From assembly GCA_937625935.1 (NCBI GenBank), contig OW569381.1, positions 186,001-250,000 of the forward strand: a DNA stretch of 64,000 bases, in the 5' to 3' direction. This document shows positions 55,201 through 64,000 of this stretch, in pieces (position 1 is the first letter of the stretch; the number at the start of each line of letters is the position of its first letter). The notes beneath the pieces were generated by a model that was given only the letters and a program-made list of their open reading frames with translations, had not been told where the DNA came from and ran no database searches. This DNA is from Tetramitus jugosus (lineage: Eukaryota > Protista > Heterolobosea). The translations under genes and the position numbers were made by a program.

Positions 55201-58200
55201 TTAATTAATCGGAGTTATTTTGACATCGGCAAGACCCACACCAGCATGAGGAGGCAGTCTTGCGTTCCATTCAGTAATTGCGTTTCTAATCTTTTCGACT
55301 TCTGTGCCATTGTCTTCACGTTGCACCCATCGATTCACAGAATCCAATTTTTGACCGAGTGCGGTCAAAAAGTTGAGACACACCGATGCTGGCTCATAAT
55401 CCTTCATCAAACTCTGAACGTGTCTCAAGAACTTTTTCATTACTTCATCCACTCTCTCTTGATGGATCGAATCCGAAATGGAGACAATTGTTTCAATTGA
55501 GACCAATAGCTTCTCGATCAGCTGAGATCTATTGGCGGTGTTTGGAGGCATCAGGGTACCCATGGATGTACTGTAGACGGGTGTCAGTTCCTTGATGATT
55601 GTGTCAGTGAAATTGAGGGTTACGTGCATATTTTCCCAACACCAGTGACTCAAGATACTTTGGATAGCTAGCGAGTTGGAGTCATCATGGATCAAGCAAG
55701 CAAAGAATTCTCTGTGGAATAACTTATCACGATCTCTTACAGGCAATTCAATTGGAGTATCGGATTTTGATCGCATCATTGTTGGTGGCAACACATCACT
55801 GTTCTTTTGAGAAGATGTTGTTTCACATGTGACGACAAGCGAGCTCAATAACTCTAGGAGATGGTGAGATGCAGAGACGCCAAATATCGAAGACAATCCG
55901 TTTGTTCTCGTTCGCTTATTGAACAAGAATTCACGTGATATGTCAGGCGATTCTCCGTTCAGCAGCTGAACTAACATGGATATGAGTCCCTTTTGTATGA
56001 GATACTTTCTTTCGTGGATTCCAATGCGAGCAAAATGTGAGAGGAACATGAAGTATTGCTCTGTTTGTCTGGAAAAGTATCTACATTCACCCAAGGAGGA
56101 TAAAATGGAATTGACGAGTCTTCGGATGATAGTTGCGGATCGATTCACTGGTTTTGATTCGACAGTAGATGTTCGTTCTTCTTGTTGTTCTGAGAGCACC
56201 AACACATTACTAGGTGAGGCAGGTGATACAACATCGGTATCGTAGAGCTCATCCGCAGCCAACACTTTACAGCAATCAACCAATAGCAAAGCGAACCGAT
56301 TGCGGAATTCTGCATGGGGACATTTTAGCAACATCTCAGATCTCCACAATGAAGTATCAACAACGGTATTGACGAACCATGTACAAATATCCTTGTTCAT
56401 CACAAACATGTTACTCAAGTAGTCAAACCACTTGTCAATCACATGAGTGAATGTGGAGTGAGCAACAATATCCATCAAGTATTTCGTGGCGAACTTAGCG
56501 TTCAACATGTTCACTTCTGGTGAGTAGTTGCCTTGCACCAATAAAACCCAGATGAAATTGTCGAAATCTTCGCTATAGACGTTCTTGTCATGATAAAATC
56601 TTGAATTATCGTCCAATACGGCCTTGCGAATATTGCGAGTTAAATTAGCGACTTGAATTTGTCTTTCAGCTTCTTTCAGGCGATTAGCAGCCGAAAGTTT
56701 AACTAAGAATCGCACAGCATTGATAGCGGGAGAGTTCCATCCATTGTCATCACTCTCTTGAGTGTCGTTTCCATTGGAGTGTTCTGTCACATCAGCAGGG
56801 GATAGGGTTGGCACAATTGATAGAGGAGTCACATCTGTGTTCAATTCGTTTTCGAAGGAACCACTGTCCAACGTAGATACTTTCTGATAGAAGAGCATGT
56901 AGGCATTGTTGGATCTATAGAATCGGTTGCGAACAGTGGGTTTTCCTGGATCTTTCACAATCACTTCTTCGAGACCACCAAATGTCTCTTCGTCTAATTG
57001 TGATTCATCAAAATGGTGAATCTTGGTGTCGTTAAACTCATACCATTTCTGTTGTTGAGAGGATCTGTCCATGATGTATGAGTAGTAATGACCAGAATCT
57101 GCACTTCCCATGTGGACGAGCACTCCTACCAATCGATATTGATAATAATCATCATCCCTATGCTCTGGAGGAACATCTTTCAGATTTCGTCTCTCACGTC
57201 TCTCCATGCCTTCCTCCGTATATGGTTCCATGTCCAAGCGTAATGGGAATTCACATCTATCATTAACTTTGACATGCTTCATTGAGTCAAAGTCGAATTC
57301 AAATCTCTTGAGTTGGAAAATGAGAACATTTGGAAGGTCCTTGATGACTGCTCTCTTGAGAGCATCCACGTGCCTTTGAAGCTTATCACTATAGTACTTG
57401 TTGTTTCCGTCAAGCATGTCTCCAGCTACATATAAATCAAGAGATTCAATAATATTCTTCTTGTTCTTGATATCCAGACCAATCACTGAATAGGGCTCCA
57501 ATGTCTCCGAAACTGTGTTCTCATAAATCAATTGATGCAAGATATTGCCACCAAACACCTGTTTCAATAAATGTTCTTGAGGAGTACCTTTCAATTCACG
57601 TTCAATCTTGTCCAAAAATATGTTGAAGAACTCTGTAGCATCTTGTTGCTGTGAAACATTAATTGCAGCACCGTCTACCTTGTAAGAAGCACAAAACGGT
57701 CTTGTATCATAAAATCGTTTTGCGCTATATAACAAGAAACCAAACATAGTTTGCATTTGATACAGGACTTCTGTGTTCTCATTCTTTGTCGGATTGAGAA
57801 TATTAACAGCTAGCACACCTGAACGCAGTGGCGGAATCATGAACAGTTGTTGCAACAGTGAGTTCATATAGCATGTTGCCCCTAGATTTTTCAAGCCAAC
57901 AAAGCCCAACTCTGATCGTTCCATAGATTCTGTATTATAACGCCATCCAGAGTGTCGTTCCGTCATCGAAAGATATTCACTCGTTAGTTTGAGGAGTTCC
58001 AGATAATTTTGAGAACAATCTCTTGATAACTCGACGAGCAGCTTGAATGCAGCATTTCTTGAATTGGTGGTTTTACATCGAGGCAGCATTGACTTGCCGT
58101 ACACAGCACTAGGTGTCTGGAATAAGAACGAATTGAACACTTCTTCAATCATTCCTATACCGCTCTTCGAACCAATAAGTTCTTTAGTGTGAGGATTCAA

Positions 58201-61200
58201 ATACAATAGAGCTGAAGCTATGTTGAGTAAACCAATCATTACTTTGTCCTCTGCACTCGTGTCTCGCTCCTCCTTTACTGGCCGTTCCAGTATTAGTTTC
58301 AAAATCTTTAAAAGAATAGATTGGCAGTCCTGTGACGGAACCTGCGAGTCATACTTCTTGTTATCCATCAATAATCGTTCCAACAACATGAAATATTGTT
58401 CACAAGTGTCTTTGTGATCCTCGATCTGATCAAAATAGCGGTATAAGATGTTAATAAACATATTCTTCGCGTCAAACCTTCTTTGTTGAATGTAGAGGTC
58501 AGCATCGTCTCTGGAGAGCAATAGTTGCTCCAAACCATTCGCAATTTCAATTCTTACTTCCTTCATGGCACTATCAATGAGACACGAAGCCAAGAATTGT
58601 AGGAATGTCGTTGCGGAACAAAATACCTCGAACGTTTTAGGATCTACCATTATGGTTGTTGAAAGAATATCCATCATGTGCTCAATTAGAGCTCTATCAG
58701 TGGGCATCGAAAAATTCGTATCCAATATATTCAAGAACCCTTGATTAAATTGATACTTCTTCGATGTTGGTCGTTTCGATACAGTCAACGTGTCTCCCTC
58801 TTGAGAATGGGAGGGTGACTCGGCGTACAATAAAGATATCGATCGGGGCACCACAGCCAAAACTGCTGAAATAATTTGAGAGACATCTATTTTGTTCGCT
58901 GTTTGCTCATTGCGCATACATGTTGGCAAGAAACGATTAATAATCTTGATCTTCAGTGCTAAGCATTCCTTTTGTAGGGTCGTTAATGCAAAAGTGCTTG
59001 ATTGAGCAGATTCCTGAGTTTCAATTAGTGAATCAATGAGCTGTTTAACACCACCGAGATGTATGAAATTTTTGCTCCATAGTTCGCTTTCATTATTGTT
59101 GAGTTGTTTCTTCAGATGGCAATCAATTATTTGCAAAGAGTACAAATACTTGTGTGGAGAGCCGTGCTTGGGCAATATTTTCTGCCAATCTACTTGATCT
59201 TCATTTTGAAGCGCTGACAGATTTTGAATAGTAGAAGACATCTGAGTATCGGTTGGCAAGTGAAGAATCAAAGTCCATGCGATTTCCGCAACTTCCTCTC
59301 TCAATTCGAGCAATGAAAACAATGTTGAAAAGTTTTCAGGTCGAGATAAAATATTCGTAGGATATGACTTCTCATCGTCAGTGAATAGCATGACATATTT
59401 CTGTGTGCGAGGAAAAGAAGAAAATGTTAGTGACATTGGGCGAATAGAGAAAAACAACAAATTGACCAACAAACAAATTCACATACATCTTCCAAAGTAT
59501 CATTCGCCTGAGTCAACGAACTAGTAGTTTGATTTGTAAACTCATCGCTCACTGAGCGTATACCTTGTTGAGATTGCTCAATCTCTTGCTTCACTAGGGC
59601 TTCGGCTACAGCCTCCAAACCAAGAGCTTTCAACTGGAACTTAATCAACGATAGTCCAACATCCTTAATGTTGATTCGTTTCACAATTACTATTTGATAA
59701 TCCTTGATATTCAAGTCCTCTAGCGTCTTATCCTCGTTCAGTAGTTCGGCTCCTGATGACAAGAGCTGCAACAAGTAAACGGGAAGATTTAGTTCAGTAG
59801 AGACAGCTGCGTACAATCTCGAGATGGAATCTGTGCTTTGAAGCGTCAGACTGAATTTAGGCTCGCCTATTGGGCAGACACGAATCCGAACTGGTACTCC
59901 AGCTGAGGAGATACCATGTCCTCTGACTCCTGTTTTCTCACCAAACAAATATAAATAATCAATGAGTAATTCCAAACAGCGAATAATTTTCTGGTCCCTT
60001 AAGGTGTCTTCTGTTGATTGCAAACAAGCACGAATACTTTCTAAGCACTTAGTTATATGTGCTTCTGTATACTCGCCAACTAAAGCCTTCATATCCTTTG
60101 AAAAGTCATGCCTAAAGTTGTTGACTTTTAAAATTGCTTGTTGCGCAACTGACGTATCATGAGCTAACAGAATAATTGACCATAAATGATCAATACCAAT
60201 CAACTCGGCAGACTGAACAACATATCTAGTCACAATTTTCTTTTGCTCTGTTGATCTTCTCTTGACCGAGGAGTCCTGTTTTCGTTCATTACCTAGCAAT
60301 TGTTGCTTCACATAGCGACCAGCAGTATGAGCAACTTGATTTAAGGACTTGGATTTCAATAGTTTCGGCACGAGCCTTTCCTTCACCTCTTCATTACCGG
60401 AGGGATCAAGAAGCATTGATTTTCTACGACTTTCCATCGCACAATGCTTGGAATCTGCAAGTTCCTCCTCTTGAATCACCTGGAGTAATTTGTTCTTGAT
60501 GTTCACGGCAAGGAAGTAGGTGAGAAAGAAGGAGAACTCTGCCTGAGTCATCGTACTAACCTGAACCTTTGTCAATACAAGGTCATTGAAAATCTTCTCT
60601 AAGACTCCATCCAGGAACACATCCGTATTCGGATCAATATTCGAGTCCGTTTTAATCAATGCTTCGAAAAACTGACAACACACATTTCGATACATTGGTT
60701 TGTCATACAATGTCGTCCATAAAGTCACACAGTGCGAGAACGTGAGACACATTGGAGAGTTTTTCAAAATAAATAATAAAAATTCCAAGCGAGTTTGTGT
60801 ATCGCTGAGGTGAACAACTTCTGCAATGTTACCCTTCGGAGCATCAGGCTTTGTATCCATAAAAGCAGAAGCGGCAAAATTCATATCTAAGATAAACAGG
60901 TCAAACAATTTCGTCTTCTCATTCATATATTCGATCATTCCGGACAGAGAAGCCTTCTTCTTCTTAATATTAGGATACGTTTTCAGAATAGTCTGAATCA
61001 ACAGGAGGGATCGAGGAACACACCTGTGCTCTTTTAAATTGACGAGACACGATTTGATCATGCTCTTGCGCTGTGCTTCGAATTCTTCTCGATTTACCAA
61101 ACTAATGATACACTCGAATGCTTTTTGGGATAGTCTATTGCTTAATTTCTCGTTCATAATCAATTTCCAAAAAATGACTAAACCGTTCCATGTACGAGCT

Positions 61201-63690
61201 TTCTTCTCCTTTGTTTTTCGCAGATTTGTGTTCGCTTCGATGATAAATTGTTTGATGAACTCCAACGTATGTTCTTTCAAATATGACTCATTGATCATTT
61301 CTATTTGATCGAAAAACATGTTGGTGGTTTGACTATTCAAACTTGGAAGAATGCCTAATATCAAGTCATACACTGCTCGCTGAATCGCTTCATATTTTCC
61401 CACAGTAGACTTCCAAATGAGTTCTACTTCGGACAACTTCAAACCACGTTGCTCTGCAAGGAACAATATCAGGAATTTGCTTTGTTTGATCAGCTCCAAG
61501 TGAGCGTTATTCTCAAATATGTTCTCCAACACACATTTTTCCTCGATCCACTTTGTTAATTGTTTTAGCGTATGCCATCGTATCACTCGATCAGTGGACT
61601 TGTTCGTGGATGAGGCCGAGGCAGCAGACAATGGGGTGCTCGGTGATAGTGGAGTCAATGAAAAATTCTGCAACGAAGGAAGGAAGCGATGTTGAAAGCT
61701 CGAAGTCTTCTTCACAGCAGTCTCAGCTTCGCACTCCTTGATAAAATTTTTGATTTCATTGAGGGCGAATAACCGTTTCTCGATAATATCAGATGTGAGA
61801 ATCTTCAGAAGCAGCTCCAATTGAACAACTTCTGTCAGCTCCTGTGCTCTGTCTGGTTGATATCTCTTCAATAGCGAATTGCTCAATGGTACAATTTCTT
61901 TCAAATTGTCCCATGATTCTGTCCTTAGGAATTCATCATCGAAACTATTGATATAGTTCATTAGAATTTGTTTGACGAGAGGTACGAGTTCGTCCTGTAT
62001 CCTATACATTCCATCTACACTCTTCTGGAAAATTCGTAAACATTTCTTAAATATTTGCAGCGTAGTCATTCGATTTTGGAACAAGCCAAACAATAGAGCA
62101 TAGCCACCCACTTGTCCAAACGTGTTCACATTGCGCAAAAAGAAGGAGGAGAGATGTCTGTTTGTCTTTGTTGGAAAAGCAAATATAAATTTGTCATAAT
62201 TCGTGTTCCACGTCGCGTTAGAATTTGCATTCATCACAGCACTCCAACGTTCCACATCCTGCAACAACAAGTATTTGTTCAATGTCCCAATAACCAACAA
62301 GAACAACAAAATTAGAGTGTTAGATCGGTACACAAATTATAAACACCATTATCGTTTCCAGTAAATAGGACACATACCTTTTGGAATATGTTACTATGCT
62401 GAGCATAGACACTATTGTTCGCATAGAATGGATTTCGACATTGCATGATAATCTCAACTGTTTCACACAGGATGTACGCCTCACTCTCCGCATCCTTCCT
62501 CGACTCAGCTTCTTCCTTTGATGAGGAAACAGATGAGCACTCTGTTGCATTACTGTTGCGCGCAGCAGACAAGGACGTTGATGGCAACGATGCTGCCAAT
62601 GACGACAACAATCCAGCAGAGGAAGAAGAAGACGAGGACGATGATGATGAAGATCGTGGTGGCGATGGCTGTTGATGTTGATCAGCAGAAGCAGCAACCC
62701 CTGTTATCGATGACGATGATGAATAAGCTGCCGCTGCAGCATTCTTTGCCTTTTCTCGCTTCTCCAAAAACTTTGCTTCTTCTTCCTTCTTGTCCAACAG
62801 ATAATACTCGAGTTGCGACACAAACAGTGCAATGACACGACTAAACAGTAGATTAATAACTTCAGCCAACGATTTTCGAATATTGTTCTTGCTCATGAGT
62901 GAACGAACCAATCGATTCAAAAATTCCTTGATAAAATAACGTCCATTCTCCGATTTTATCTTCTCCTTCTTGTTCAACAGGTGCTCCACGAGTGAATTGA
63001 TATTATTTACAAGCGTTTCACAAGAATCACCAAAATCAGCTTCATATATGAAAAAAAATATTCAAGTTTTACGAGTTAAAACACGCGAACTCTCCTGATC
63101 CCAAAAAAACAAAGAATTTGTAGTTGTCGTCGTCGTCGTCGGACATTTCAAAAAAACTTACTCTTTGCGGTGTGTTCCCAGAGAGAACCCTTCTCTCTAA
63201 ACAATCTGACTGTCATTTGATCAAAATCCGTAATTAAATCTTGCCCCACTCGATTCGGTGTCGAAGCCACAAGTTCTCCCCCTAGTGCACTCGTTGGTGT
63301 ACCATTAAAAAAAAGTGAAGTTGAAGAAGGAGTGGGTGGTGCGAGAGAGACGAGAGCTGATGTTGGTGTCGATGGAACCATCATGATTGGCGTCGTTGTT
63401 GTCACATGTTGTTGATTGAAGCGTATTGAGCCAAGAGCTTGACTGTTGTTGTAATTGTTGTTGATTTGATGAAGAGGAAGAAATGTTCCTGATGATGAAG
63501 CTCTAGTGGGTGATGTTGATGATGATGATGAGAGAGGTGCAGCGACAGCAAAGGAACTGGTGGAGGGCGTAGGTGGTGAAGTATCAATGGTTAGCTTAGG
63601 GTTCGACCTGTTGTTGTTGTTGCTGTTGTTGTTCGTTGTTGCCGAAGTTGTCGTGGTGTTGGTGGTGTTGGATCCACGATGTTGGTCCAT
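55201..63690 (-). CDS. USP9X/USP24/USP34-type ubiquitin-specific protease, 4 exons (63690-63162, 63039-62378, 62258-59487, 59400-55201), ~2720 aa
   Basis: Cys box GLKNLGATCYMNSLLQQLF, QQDATEFF, His box HMGSADSGHYYSYI, WYEFND and an upstream ubiquitin-like domain. Three GT-AG introns join the ORFs in frame (8163 nt in total). Confidence 0.93.
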
Positions 63691-64000
63691 TCTGACTTTT
63701 TTTTTTTATTTCGTGTGGTTATTGATTGATATTTCTTATTGTTGTTGATATTTGGTTGTTCTTTGTTGTTTCAGCTGTTGTTTTTGTCCGTCTGCGCTCG
63801 ATTTGGCTCTATATGGCAAATCGAGAGCGGAAGATTTCGGATCCGTCCGGAGCGGTTCTTCAAGAGCTATACGACGTCGCTCGTCTACGATGATGTCTCT
63901 TATTCTCCTATTTCTTGTCACGAAGAAATTCATCACCGATTTCAATAGTTTTGTCTAGTGCCTGCATTCTGTATCAGAAAAACCTTGAGCTTGTCATGGG

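Overview
Gene-dense eukaryotic nuclear DNA: standard genetic code, short GT-AG introns (CTAAC branch points in several), tRNA genes without encoded CCA and with T4 Pol III terminators. The gene content (F-box/small-GTPase fusion, RCC1 repeats, Q/N-rich proteins) suggests a free-living protist, possibly a Naegleria-like heterolobosean (inference). About 19 host genes are present, including Rab11, HAAO, alpha-SNAP, TANGO2, a GH20 hexosaminidase, a GHMP kinase, a ~2720-aa USP9X/24/34-type deubiquitinase and two inverted F-box/ankyrin paralogs. There are also three tRNA genes (Phe-GAA, Asp-GTC, Pro-TGG) and a ~11.5-kb island of decayed DNA transposons (22.7-34.2 kb). The main finding: all three tRNA genes carry members of one non-LTR (LINE-type) retrotransposon family inserted about 42-54 bp upstream, always with the element 5' end facing the tRNA. 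There are five insertions. Three have 14-16-bp TSDs of unrelated sequence, two of them at nearly the same offset (-30 to -43/-44). Insertions stack with the newest copy nearest the tRNA, and the 3' ends share conserved hairpins. This looks like a position-specific, Pol III-guided 'safe-haven' retroelement system analogous to Dictyostelium TRE5, apparently in a different lineage. No reverse-transcriptase core lies inside the window, so the autonomous master copy is inferred, not seen.
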